Of a DNA stretch of 64,000 bases, positions 1 to 13,224 are shown piece by piece. Within the stretch, counting starts at the first letter, position 1. The number at the start of each line of letters is the position of its first letter. A program made the position numbers and the translations under genes. The stretch lies in the NCBI RefSeq assembly GCF_009914755.1, contig NC_060934.1. One strand, 5' to 3'. Below the pieces are notes generated by a model. It was not told where the DNA came from. It saw only the letters and a list, made by a program, of their open reading frames with translations, and searched no databases. This stretch comes from the human T2T-CHM13v2.0 reference genome, Homo sapiens.

Positions 1-859
1 AAGAGGCATCTGGCAGTTCCCCTTATCCCTGATGAGTCCTTCTTAAGACCATGTCGAATTAAGTTAAATGAATCGAAAGTAAATTAGGATTAAATTGTAT
101 AATATTGATTCATACATTGCCTTGGATGATTTATATACATTTGGAAAGTTTAATACTTTATCACAATGGTTAAGTTTTAATGCAAAATAAAATTATCTAT
201 GTAGTGTTTTAAAATGTTGATTAGCCTACTCCTTAGCCTTTTTGAAGTACTTTTTAAATTTCTGGTGTAAATTCTGGCATGTAGTTCTTTAAAAAAATCC
301 TGCAGGAAGTTTTTGTGCCTTTCAAAGTTTGAGGGCCCCTAATCTTGGGCATACAAATCAGTCTTTCTTCTGATTAATGTGGCATTGTCCATCATTTTTA
401 TAAATATGAGTCTCAAACCCTTGATTGATAAAGAAAATGCTCATTATAACATTGTGACATTTGGAAAAATTTAATATTTTGTATTTTTAATATAAATTAA
501 TTCTTTCATAACTATTAACCTTATAGGAAAACACTAGAGAGAATGATTTTAGCAGATTTTTGTAAGAACTCATCTCCTAAGGTTTAAGAAATACCTACAT
601 GGTTTAAAATAGTAATTATAAACATAGTAATTTTAAAATAAGATACTATTTTGTTTAGGTCTTCCAAGTCAGTTAGCTGGTGTCAGTTTTATGGTCAGAA
701 TGACAAAAATATATAATAAAAATGTGCAGCTCATTTAGCTGTTGAAGGCTAATGAACAATTAAAGCATTCCATAAGAACTTAATCTCACCCATTTTTTAG
801 TCCTATTTAAATCTGCTCCTCCTTTCCACAAAGTTGGAATGGCATAAATTATTTAAGTC

Positions 860-3800
860 ATATACAAAGGGAACCCAATCAGGCTGGCAGAAGACTTCTC
901 AGTAGAAATCTTGCAAGCCAGAAGGGATTAGGGGCTTATTTTCAACACTCTAAAAGAACTTAAACTAATAATTTCATATTCCTCCAAACTTAGCTTTGTA
1001 AGGAAGGGATAAATAAAGTATTTTCTAGACAAGCAACTGACAAGGGAATTTGTAATCACTAGACCAGCTTTACAAGGCAACCTCAGCGGAGTCCTAAACA
1101 TGGAAAAAAAGGACAATTTCTGCCACCACGAGAACACAATTAAATACATAGTCTGCAGACCCTATAAAGCAACCATATAATAGAAACTACAAAGCAACCA
1201 GCTAGCAATTTCACAATGGGATCAAAACCTCACATATAAATATTAACCTTGAATTTACATGGTCCAAACACCCCACTTAGAAGGCACAGACTTGCAAGTT
1301 GTATAAAACCCAAAGACTCATCCATCTGCTGTCTTCAAGAGACAGAACTCCCATGTAACAACACCCATAGTTCAAGGTAAAGGGTTGGAGAAAGATGTAT
1401 CATGCAAATGAAAAACAAAAAAGAACAACAGTCACTTGTGTTAGATAAGACAGAATTTAAACCAATAATAATAAAAAAGGATAAAGAATGTCATTAAATA
1501 ATGACAAAGGGTTCAACTCAACAAGTAGACTTAACTATCTTAAATATGCACACACTCAATATTGGAGCACCCAATTCATAAAACAAATACTTCAAAACCT
1601 ATAAAAAGACTTAGGCACAAAACAATAATGGGAGACCTCAACACATCAATGACAGCATTAGAGAGATCATCAATGCAAAATAACAAAATAATCCTGGACT
1701 TAAATTTGACACTTCACCAGTTGGACCTAGTAGACGTTACAGAGCACTCTACCCATCAACCACAGAATATACATTCCTCTCATCTGCACACAGAACATAC
1801 TCTAAGGGTGACCACATGCTCAGCCATAAAGCAAGTCTCAATAAACACAAAAAATTAAAATCATATCAACCATACTCTTGAACCACAGTAGATTAAAACC
1901 AGAAACCAATACTAAGAACATCTCCCAAAACCACACAATGACATGCAAATTAAACAACTTGCTCCTGAAGGACTTTCGGATAAACAACGATATTAAGGAA
2001 ATTTTTAAAATTATTTAAAATGAAGACACACAACATTTCAAAATCTCTGAGATGCAGCCTATACAATGTTAAGAGGAACATTTACAGCACTAAGTGTCTA
2101 CATCAAGAAGTTAGAAAGATCTCAAATTAATGATCTAACATTACACCTATGGGAACCGGAGGAAAAGGAACAATCTAAACCTAAAGCTAATGAGAGGAAA
2201 GAAATAACTAAAATCAGAGCAGAACTGAATGAAGTAGAGACCCAGTAATCCATACAAAAGATCAACAAGACCAAAAGTTGGGACTTTGAAAGCATAAACA
2301 AGAGAGATAAACCTCCAGCTAGATGAACAAAACAAAAAAGAGAAGATCCAAATAAGCCCATTCAGAAACAAGGATGACATTACAGCCAAACACACGGAAA
2401 CCGAAAAGATCCTGAGAATATTATGAACACTGGATGCACACGAACTAAAAAATCTAGAGGAAATTGATACATTCATGAAAACATACAACCTCCCCAAATT
2501 GAATCACAAAGAAATTGCAACTCTGAACAAATGAATCAGTCATAAAAAACCCTATGAATCAACTAATGTCCCTGACCAGGTGGACATAATTCACAGCCAA
2601 ATTATAGCAGAAATACAAAGAAGTCCTACTACCAATTCTACTGACACTATTACAAAAAATTAAGGAGGAACTCCTCTGTAACTCATTCTATGAAGCCAGC
2701 ATCACCCTGATACCAAAACCTGGCAGATAAACAATGAAAAAAAGAAAAACTACAGGCTAATATCCATGATGAACATAAACACAAAAATCTCCAACCAAAC
2801 ACTAGCAAACCTGATCCAACAGCACATCAAATAGCTATACCATGATCAAGTAGCCTTTATTTCTGGGATGCAAGAGTAGTTCAACATGTGCAAATCAATA
2901 ATGTGATTCACCACATAAACAAAATTAAAAACAAAAACCATGTAATTATGATCATCTCCATAGATGCAGAGAAAGCTTTTGATAAAATCTAACATCTCTT
3001 CATGATAAAAATACTTAAAAAATGAGTCACCAAAGGAACATACCTAAAAATAATAAGAGTCATCTATGACAAACCTATAGCCAACATCATACTGAATGGG
3101 CAAAAGCGGGATCAATCCCTTGAGAACTGGAACAAAGCAAGGATGCTCACTTTCACTACTTCTATTCAATGCAGTACTGGAAATCTTAGAGCAATCAAAG
3201 AAGAGAAAGTAATAAAAGACATCCAGATATGAAAAGCAGTCAAACTATTTCTCTTTGCTGACTATATGTTTCTACACTAAGGAAACCTCAAAGACTCTGC
3301 TGAAAGCCTCCTGAAATGGATAAATGACTTCAGTAAAGTTTCAGAATAAAAATTCAACATACAAAAATCAGTAGCATTTCTATAATGTTCAAGTGGAGAG
3401 TCAAATCAAGAACACAATCACATTTACAATACCCACAATAAAAATTAAATGTCTATGAATACATCCAACAAAGAGGTGAAAGATCTCTGTAATAACTACA
3501 CAATATTGCTGAAAGAAATAATAGATGACACACACAATTATAAATTCATTCCACACTCATGGAAGGTAAGAATGAGTATTACTCATGGTCATACTGCCCA
3601 AAGCAATTTACAGATTCAATGCTATTCCTGTAAAACTACCAATGCCATTTTTAACAGAAATAGAAAAATAGGATTCTAAAATATAGAACAAAAAATAGCC
3701 TGAATAGCTAAAGGAAGGTAAACAAAAAGAAAAAAGCCGGAGGCATCATATTATCCGACTTCAGCTATACAATAAGTCTACAATATCCAAAATAGGACGG

Positions 3801-4430
3801 TATTAATACAAAAACAGACACACAGACGTATGGAACAGAAAAGAGAACCCAGAAGGAAAGCTGCACACCTATAATCATACGATCTGTGACAAAGTTGACA
3901 AAAGTGAACGCTGGCTAATGTTCAATATATGGTACTCAAAAACTGGCTAGCCATATGCAGAAGAATGAAACTGGACTCCTACCTTTCACCATATAATAAA
4001 TTCACTCAATTCACTCAAGATGGATTAAAGATTTAAATGTAATACTTCAAACTATAAAAACCCTAGAAAAAAACCCAAGCAACATCATTTTTGACATTAG
4101 GCTAGGAAAACAATTTATGGCTAAATCCTCAAAATCAATTGCAACAAAAGCAAAAATTGACAATTGGGACCTATTTAAATTAAAGAGTTTGCACAGCAAT
4201 ATAAAAAAATTTTAAAAAGATCAACAGAGTAAATAGATAACCTGCAGAATGGGAGAAAATATTTGTGAATTCTGCATCTGACAGAGGTCTAATACCCAGA
4301 ATCTATAAAAAACTTAAACAAATTTACAAGAAAAAAATAACCCTATTAAAAAGTGGGCAAAGGACATGAAGAGGTACTTCTCAAAAGAAGACATACAAAC
4401 AGCCAACAAACAAATGACAAAATATTCCAT
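860..4430 (+). mobile_element. Degraded LINE-1 (old primate, L1PA16/L1PB-like): ORF1 3' end plus most of ORF2, truncated at both ends
   Basis: ORF1 C-terminal-like DNA (AAAGGGAACCCAATCAGGCTGGCAGAAGACTTCTC); ORF2 start region near 1216 (GSKPHI..LTLN); ORF2 fragments in the ORF track (LRGTFTALSVYIKKLERSQINDL; TIMGDLNTSMTALERSS); many stops and frameshifts; homology stops abruptly near 4430 with no 3' UTR or poly(A). Confidence 0.93.
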
Positions 4431-4724
4431 AAAGATTGTTAAGTTCCATTGGATCGCATGATAATTTCATTGAATCTGTGACTGGTAAAATTTACAGCTT
4501 CAGTAACACCAGATGTAAAATGAAGAATCTATATGTTGGTCAGGTTATAATCAAGACATTATTTTTCTTGTCATAATTACACATACTCTTTTATCATGTA
4601 TTTTCTTGAGGAAATACATATATGCAAACAAAACGGTAGGTGCTCTTATTTTCTTTTTAAACAATACAATATGAAATATAAATGTACACTAGATGCCACC
4701 CAATTTAAGAAATAGAACATTACT

Positions 4725-4998
4725 GGCAAGGTGTGGTGTCTCACTCCCGTAATCACAACACTTTGGGAGGCTAAGGCTGGAGGATTGCTTGAGGCCAAGA
4801 GTTCAACTAGCATGGGCAATGTAGGGAGGCCCTGTCTCTACGAAGAAAATTAAAAAATATAGCTGGGAATGGTGGTGCACACCTCTCGGCAGGAGGATCA
4901 CATGAGCCCAGAAGTTCAAGGTTACAGTAAGCTATGATTTTGCCACTGCACTCTAGGCAATAGAGCAAGAACCTGTTTCCAAAAAAATAAAAATAATG
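4725..4998 (+). mobile_element. AluJ-type element with a small internal deletion in the right arm
   Basis: GGCAAGGTGTGGTGTCTCACTCCCGTAATC...CTTTGGGAGGCT...GCCACTGCACTCTAG...A-tail; the GTAGTCCCAGCTACTCGGGAGGCTGA segment is missing near 4885. Confidence 0.9.
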
Positions 4999-5084
4999 AA
5001 AATATTTGATCTAAAGAAAGGAATATACCATGTTTTCCTTTATTTAGCATATTAATAAAAACAATAAAGATACACATATTTCAG
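4999..5084 (+). repeat. 86-bp dispersed direct duplicate of 6038-6123
   Basis: AAAATATTTGATCTAAAGAAAG...CAATAAAGATACACAT..TTCAG occurs at both places with about 5 mismatches. Confidence 0.92.
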
Positions 5085-6197
5085 TTACTGGTATCTTAGA
5101 ATATCTTGCATATATACAATCTGAGTTTTTGATCAGGAAAAAAATTTAAAAGAATCTCTTGCATACCTTTTCTTACACTATCCTGAATTTTGCGTTATTA
5201 CTTGCCATAGTTGATAGACAGACTATAATGTATGCACCCCTAAACAGTATATAGTTTTTCCTTTTTTAACTTTATGAAAATAAAATTATACCCTTGAATT
5301 TATACCCAAAAATTCTCATATGAAATATTTTATCCATGCAATTAACAAATTTAATCCAATGGCTATAAAATATAGACTATTATACCAAACAATTGAGGAA
5401 TTAGAATGATTCTATAATGTCTTTTATTTACTTGTGCTACTTGGATAATTGTTATTTTCCTCCATTTTTTTTTACTAAGTGGAGGGCTGGTTTATGTTAC
5501 CTTTTCATGGAGAGGACAAAATTAAAGGTATCTCAAGGCAAGACTAGGTGTGGGCCTGTAGACAACACTAAAATGAATATAAGGAGAGAGATATGCTAAT
5601 AAGGGATACCACAATGGGCAAATGCTTTTATTTTTGACCTATGGATGGGAAGGGATACACAGACCTGTAGGGTTAATAGTATCCAAACACATAGAAATTC
5701 TAACATACAAGCATTCAGTAGATAAGATTATCAACTCCCAATTTCTACTAAAAAAAAGTTCATATGCTAATCAACCATATCAGTTGCTTCAATTATAAAC
5801 CTCATTTACAAGTCTTAATAGAAAAGGAATTGATTTTTTTCTGCTTTCAAAGAGAAAATGAGTGAAGATAGACACCCTCTAAAGCATATTCAACACCTAC
5901 CCAACAAACTTTCAAAGGTAGATCTATTTAGCTACCACCATTTACTTGAAGTTAAAATGGTACACAAAAATCTATTGCCTAAATGGTAGTCTTCATTTTA
6001 TCATTTAAAATTAAGATTCGACTAAAAGATCAATAGAAAAATATTTGATCTAAAGAAAGAAATATACCATGTTTTCTTTTATTTAGTATATTAATAAAAA
6101 CAATAAAGATACACATGCTTCAGAATGGAAAGAAAGGTGTTTACTTTTAACGGCAGAACATATCAATCACCTCATTATTACATAATATATTATTTAA

Positions 6198-6495
6198 GGT
6201 CAAGTGTAGATGCTCAAGCTTGTAATCCCAAAGCTTTGGGAAGCTGAGGAGAATGACTTGAGCTCAGGAATTTGAGACCACTCTGGGCAACATAACAAGA
6301 CCCCATCTCTATAAAAAGGAAAACAATGAAAATAAAATTAGTCATGTGTGGTAGTGCCCACCTGTAGTCCTAGACCCTTGAGAGACTGAGGCAGAAGGAT
6401 CACTTGGATGCAGGGTTTTGAGTCTGCAAGGCTGCAGTGAGCTATAATCATGCCACTGTACTCAGGCCTAGGTGACAGAGCAAGACCCTGACTTT
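6198..6495 (+). mobile_element. AluJ-type element
   Basis: TGTAATCCCAAAGCTTTGGGAAGCTGAGG, A-rich linker, then right arm ...GCTGCAGTGAGCTATAATCATGCCACTGTACTC...GACAGAGCAAGACCCTG. Confidence 0.9.
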
Positions 6496-8499
6496 TTAAA
6501 GGAACTGTATTTGCTTCTATTAAACAGGTCACAAACACTCTCAATAGTTTTTTTTCTCAAAGTTGAGATATATGGAACAAGTTTTTAAAATTTCACCATA
6601 TTGATAAAATTATCCCCTAAATCTATCCAGGGTAATATATTATCCACAATAACATATTTTCATATCTTCTTTCTTTTACTCCTTACTGGTTTTCTACTGC
6701 TTCAATAATTTGTTTTTCTCTTTATTCTATCTTGATTCATGTCTAGTTCTTGTTTCCTATGATATCCTCCTTGTAATTTTAACCCAGTTCATCCCTCTAA
6801 TCTTCCATTCACTATCTCTCTGCTGTGTAGGAAGCATAACTGTGCTGAGTTCTTGGCTGGACCACTGAAATCAAGTAATGACTGAATATAAATCAGAATC
6901 ATGGCTGTAAATAAAAAGAATGTGACCAAATGTCCATTAGCAATGATAGTCTAGTCATATAAAAATGTGGCTATTTTCAATTAATAAAACAAAACAAGGA
7001 AGAAAAAGTAAAGACAATGTCAGGAACGATGATAAGAATAAGCATGTAACAAGCAAATGGTAGGTTTGCTTCAACCAAATGGTAGGTTTGCTTTCATTAC
7101 ATGAAAATTTTACCAAATTGTACATATAAAGTCTTCTAAGAACAATATACAAATAACATTTTAGTATATAAATTGGCTCAAGAAAGTCATTTTTCAGGGA
7201 CTCTAGATTTATAGGCTCTTTAAGTCTCTTTAAAACTGTAAATGACCCACAGAAGTTGACTGCCCTAAAGGTTTAGATTAAATAAACCATCCAGTGCACA
7301 ATTCAAATATAAGCTGACCAACCTTAATTGGAATATCTATCCTGTGCGGTTTTCCAGTTTCTGATTTGGTACTCCCCAAGTAGCAATTTCCTATGAATTA
7401 CCGTTTCCCAACTAAGAGGTACAGAAATTCCCAGTTTCTTTAGGAGGCTGAATATTTTAAAACTTGGCCTTTATTAAGGTTTTCAACAAAGTTCTAATTA
7501 AACTACACTTCATTAATGGCTTACCCCCCTACCTTAGAATAAGGAGAGCTTTCTTACAATTATTAAAGCTAACCTTCAGAACTGTTGTTAATAACAAGAC
7601 TAAGAACAATTTTTAATTTTTTTTAACTTCATAGCCGTAGGCTAACCAATAGTTAACAAATAATTCATTCATTTCATTGGCATCATCAGTCCTCCTAGCA
7701 ATATGTGTTTTTTTTTTTTTAATTTAAGACTTGGTGGGGGAGGCGGTGAGGACTGTGCAATTACTAGTCACTGTTTTCCCACTCATTGGTACTATTAGCT
7801 TAACAGATAAAACCACAGATAAGAGCCGCAATCAACTTCAGCAGGTTCCCAGAGGCAAGCTCTTGCTTTTTGCTGATTAGCTTCATTCAATTATGTCTTC
7901 TTAATTGTTCATGTGCTACAGCTCATTAAATGAAAAATAATATTCCTTTCCTGTGGGTAGGGCACTTGAGATTTGAAAAATAGCCACTTCATCTCTGCCT
8001 CAGAGGCACAAGTAAGTTAATCTGATGGTGTCTGAAAAAGCTCAACAGATTTGTGCAGATAGCCCTGCCCGAGAAGGGACAATAAAATTAATAAAATTGA
8101 TTGTTAAATCAAGTCAAAAATAAAATTACTCCCAGTATTTTCCTTTAAGATTAATTTTCAGGAAAATTAGACCCAGTTTTGTAGCATTTGATTATGTTCA
8201 CCTCTGTAATATAATTTTCTTTGTAAAAAGATCAGTTATTGCTGTTCCATTACAGATGGGATTTAGGGAAAGTGGAGTAAATTTTTAAATTTTTCTGAAA
8301 ATAGATTTTGACAGATTAAAAAGTGTGTCACACAATTTATTTATGAAATATTCTAAAAATGGAGAAGGTAAGTTTCATTCATTAAAATAGATTCATTGAG
8401 TACCTACTATGTTCCAGGCCTTTTGCTACACAATGAGGATACAAAAGGTCTTAACTTCAAGAGGTTTATTAGTCTGGTGGAGTAGAAATAATAATTCAA

Positions 8500-8725
8500 T
8501 AATAATCCATTAGCTAATATATACTGGCTATTTACTAAGGACCTATAAAGTACTTGGTCGATATGTGTCACCTTACTTAATCTTTTTAACGATCTTATAA
8601 CATAGACCATATCACATTTTTTATTATAGATGAACTAAGGCTTAGAAAAATTATATTGCTTCCTGATATCACATAACTAGCAAATGCTAAAGTTTAGTTT
8701 GGGACAAGATATGTATGACCTTGTA
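8500..8725 (-). mobile_element. MIR relic
   Basis: Degenerate MIR core: ATTATAGATGAACTAAGGCTTAGAAAA...ATCACATAACTAGCAAATG. Confidence 0.55.
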
Positions 8726-8738
8726 GCATTCCTATTTA

Positions 8739-10216
8739 CAGGTACTCCTCAATTTACAGTTCCTATATGCATACATTTCAGTCACCATGTTTAGTTAAGT
8801 TAGACCAGTTACCCAGCTCAAGCGATTCTCCCACCTCATCCTTCTAAAGTGCTGGGATTACAGGCATGAGCCACCACACCTGGACGGATGTGCCATAGTT
8901 TGTAAAAGAGTTGAGAATGGCTGCTAGCTAGTAGAAAAAAATGGTGATATTAGAAACATGGGTATATTTTCAAATGAATTCCAAAAGTTTGAGAAAGTAA
9001 TAGAATTTTTGTCTGTTTTGTTCTCTGTTATTTCCCAAACACAGATACTCAGTACATATTTTTGCTTTTTTTTAAGGAGATGAAAAAGTCTGACATGATT
9101 TTATAAAAAATAAAATTTCAAATTTCAGCTACCACAGTGTATTAACTGTAAGTAATTACATAAGTACAAATTTTGCTCCTTGCTCTTTGGTCCAAAATCA
9201 TTATGTAAATAACAGGTGTGCTTCATGATCAGTGACCATCGGCATCATCTTTTTAAATGTCTGTCAGTGATTGATCACTACACATCTATTATTCATCACA
9301 TGCAGACAGAAAAGTGTGCAGTTATGTTGTCTCTGTTTCCCATTGATAAACACAAGTGCCATTTCTTAAAAATAAATAATTGAAAGAATTGGCCAGAAAA
9401 GATAAAAGTACAACATAAAGTAAAACGTTGAGTCCAGTGAAAATGGAGCTACAGCAAAATCCCTGTGGGAATATTGACACTGCTGCCATCTGAGGAACTT
9501 AAGCTTTGCAGCCAGAACAACTTAGTCCAGAGGAGCTTATTGACATAAATGAAGAAAGTGGATGTGATGAAAAGGATGAAGATGTATCAGGCTAAGTGAC
9601 GCCAGCAAAAACCCAAACACACAATAAAAAAAAAAAAAGACTTACATTAAAGGAACTTACAGAGATACTTAACAATATTGAAAGCATCAAAGCATAAAGT
9701 GATGAAAGCTGATCCAAATTTAAGATTATGACAATTTGCCAAGGCATAAAACATTGCCCCCTTCATTGTAAGCCATGTAAGAAGAAATCAATCACTATTC
9801 AAACTATTAGTAAACATTTTTTAACAAACAAGTAAACTTTAAGTCTTTAACATCAATGTAATTAAGAGGGAATTGGCCAGCATATGTGAAAGTATAGCAA
9901 ACAAATGAAAATAATGATGCAAAAAATAATAATGTAAGATATGAGTTGAATATAAACAGAGTTATAGAAAGAAAGAACTGACTTTAATTCTTTTATTCCC
10001 AGTGTAAATTCCAGGATGTTAAATGAATATGTTTTATAATTTATTTATTTTCCTACACATTTGTAAGTGACAGTAAAAGAGTTTCTAATATTTTGAAAAG
10101 AAATTAAAGGTTATGGAATAATATTTATTCTTGATTATTAAGATAAACTTGCATGATTTCAGCTGAGATTATCATGTTTATCATCCTTCACTACCATGTA
10201 AAGCGAGAAGTGTGGG
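8739..10216. mobile_element. TcMar-Tigger-type DNA transposon relic, interrupted by a 298-bp insertion
   Basis: TA-flanked degenerate terminal inverted repeats (TA|CAGGTACTCCTC... and ...AAGCGAGAAGTGTGGG|TA); internal TTTCAGTCACCA/TTTCAGCTACCA repeats; transposase-like remnant (GAGCTTATTGACATAAATGAAGAAAGTGGATGTGATGAAAAGGATGAAGATG). Subfamily uncertain. Confidence 0.7.
8816..9113 (+). repeat. 298-bp dispersed direct duplicate of 10899-11196 (Alu end plus unique flank)
   Basis: GCTCAAGCGATTCTCCCACCTCATCCTTCT...GTCTGACATGATTTTATAAAAAATAA is present at both loci with about 10 substitutions and no indels seen. Confidence 0.95.
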
Positions 10217-10616
10217 TATTAACTTATTATCTGTTTGTTTAAAGTGAATGACACACAGCTTAGTGTTACATCAACAGAAAAATATTTAAGAGGAAATGAC
10301 ACTAAATCAATTTTAAGATAATGCTTCTATTATGTATGTTTCTGTATTGTCTTTCTAAACATAATTATGGAAAAGGCATCCCAACTGGTGACATAATTAT
10401 TGCCAATAATATAATAGTAATGACAATATATTTGTTGGTCAATTAAAAGTAACTACATTAGCTTTGGTAAAACTACATTTTTCACTTACATGATTAAAGA
10501 CACTTATCAGTGCTCTTGTGATCCTACTTTAAGATATACATCTTCATATTAATTTGTAAATGAAATGTGGGAGTTTTTCATAACCAACAGGTTTAAAGCT
10601 GTGTGAAGATATGTGA

Positions 10617-10968
<352 letters not shown>

Positions 10969-11229
10969 TGATGTGCCATAATTTGTAAAAGAGTTGAGAA
11001 TGGCTGCTAGCTAGTGGAAAAAAATGGTGATATTAAAAACATGGGTATATTTTCAAATGAATTCCAAAAGTTTGAGAAAGTAATAGAATTTGTGTCTGTC
11101 TTGTTCTCTGTTATTTCCCAAACACAGATACTCAGTACATATTTTTGCTTTTTTTTAAGGAGATGAAAAAGTCTGACATGATTTTATAAAAAATAATTTT
11201 GATGTTAGTAATCATTACTCAACATATTT

Positions 11230-11750
11230 TTGAATAGTCTAAAGGAAATTTCCACTGTTTCAAAAGATCCCACCTTCCATTTCTCTCTATCTCATCTCCT
11301 AGCAATCTACCCTTCATTTATTGTACTCTAGTTGTGCTTATCTTTTTGGTCTTTATCAAAAACAACAAATATTCTGAGACCTTAATATTTCTGTTCCCTC
11401 TCCCTGGAACACTATTCCTCAAGAAATAAAATTAGGTAATTATTTCAATCAAGCTGGTATTTAAACATCTTCTGCTCAAGGAGGCCTAGCTGATAATCTG
11501 TATTTAATGTTCCAGTTTTCCTATACTCTCTCTGAACCCCCATTGGCCATTCTATTTTGTTTTATCCATAGTGCCTATCACCTGTTGGCATATTATATGA
11601 ACTCTTTGTTTATTAACTTATTTGTTAATTTTATTGTTTATCATTTATGTCTATCAATGGCATGTAGACTCTAAGAGAGCAGGCATATTTGTGTGTGTTA
11701 TTCATTGATATTTCAAGATTACCAAACAGTGTCTGTCATATAGCAACCAT
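11230..11750 (+). mobile_element. L2 3' relic
   Basis: Degenerate L2 3' motifs: TTCCCTCTCCCTGGAACACT, TGTAGACTCTAAGAGAGCAGG, AAACAGTGTCTGTCATATAG. Confidence 0.55.
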
Positions 11751-11752
11751 TC

Positions 11753-11990
11753 TTTTTTTATTTTTTTCTGAGACAGAGTCTTGCTCCCGGGTTCACACCA
11801 TTCTCCCACCTCAGCCTCCCGAGTAGCTGGGACTACAGGTGCCCACCACACCCGGCTAATTTTTCTATTTTTAGTAGAGACGGGCTTTCACCATGTTAAC
11901 CAGGGTGATCTCGATCTCCTGACCTTGTGATCTGCCTGCCTCAGTCTCCCAAATTGCTGGGATTACAGGCATGAGCCACTGTGCCCGGCC
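11753..11990 (-). mobile_element. AluY/Sc-like element with a ~55-bp internal deletion
   Basis: Poly(T), then GAGACAGAGTCTTGCTC joined directly to CCGGGTTCACACCATTCTCC; also GATCTCGATCTCCTGACCTTGTGATC and the end GTGCCCGGCC. Confidence 0.9.
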
Positions 11991-13224
11991 CGTTCATTAC
12001 GTAAGAATAAAGAAATATCCCCTTGACATGAAATTCTGTGTATTGGAATAATATATATACCATGGCAATGAGCATTTGTCATTATCTTAGTCAGCAGTAT
12101 ATATTTTCCTAGACAATGAAAAGACTCCCAACTGGCCTTTTGTATGACAAAAAGAACTGCTAATCACTTTCCCAGTTTGGCTTTTATTTATCTCCAGATT
12201 AAAGTGTTATTAAGGATTAATTTAATATTATTTTATTCCATTTAGTGAACTTTTAAACAATAAAACACTCTTATCTATGTTGTTTTGCACCCATATGACA
12301 ATAAAGTGTTATCATGCCCATACTATAAGTAGAAAAACACAGGTAGAAAGAACATAACTGATTTGCTCAAAGTCATATAACTCAGAAGTGACCGAATACA
12401 TTTGCCTGACTCCAAAACTTGGTCTGATTTTATCATCCCTTGCTGGCTGTCAGATCTGATATATCAGTCCAAAAATTACCTCTTGCTTAAACTGATGTTT
12501 TGGATGACTTTTGTAATTTTCTGCGTTCCATCATTTATTAGCGCCAATATATAAATGGTTATTTAGAATACAGAGGTTTACACATATTCGGGACCAACAT
12601 TCCAAAAATGGCTTAAATATTTCTGGCAGCCTAATATTATCTACGGAGAATTATTTTCCTCAAGAACATTAGTGAGATGTGCTATAATAATGGTTGAGCA
12701 AAGTAGCACAACACTAGATGCTGTGTAACTCTGGGAACACCTTATTTCCTGCTCTGATAGAAATCTGTTAAAGACCCTCATCTGTTACAGGCAGAGAGAA
12801 GAGCAGAGTAAAAGTGCTTTGCCTACCTAAAGGGATTGTTGCAAGAATCTGATGAGTTAAACTGTGTGAAAGCATTTTGCACCCTCTAAATCCATACATT
12901 TACATGTGACTTCCCTGTATGACACAAGCTAACAAACAAACTAGAAACAAGCAAACAAAAAAAAACCGAGACACAAAAATAAAATATCTTTCTGTTACCT
13001 CATTTGGGAAGGGGTCTAAAAACCCAGAAATAATAGTATTTACATGTACATGTAGTTGGTAAACATTCAATGGAGTAAAAAGTAAATTAAAAATAATACC
13101 ATTAGCAGAGGGGAATGTATTTTTACTTATGCATATATACCCACATATTGGATTTGTCTCTATTTCATCTGTAGGACCTAGCCACTAGCCAAATGCCCGA
13201 AGCCCCTAGAACCCCAGTGCCTAG

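Noticed and set aside
7054-7093. CAAATGGTAGGTTTGCTT repeated at a 22-bp period
   Set aside because: Ordinary micro-duplication with no further structure.
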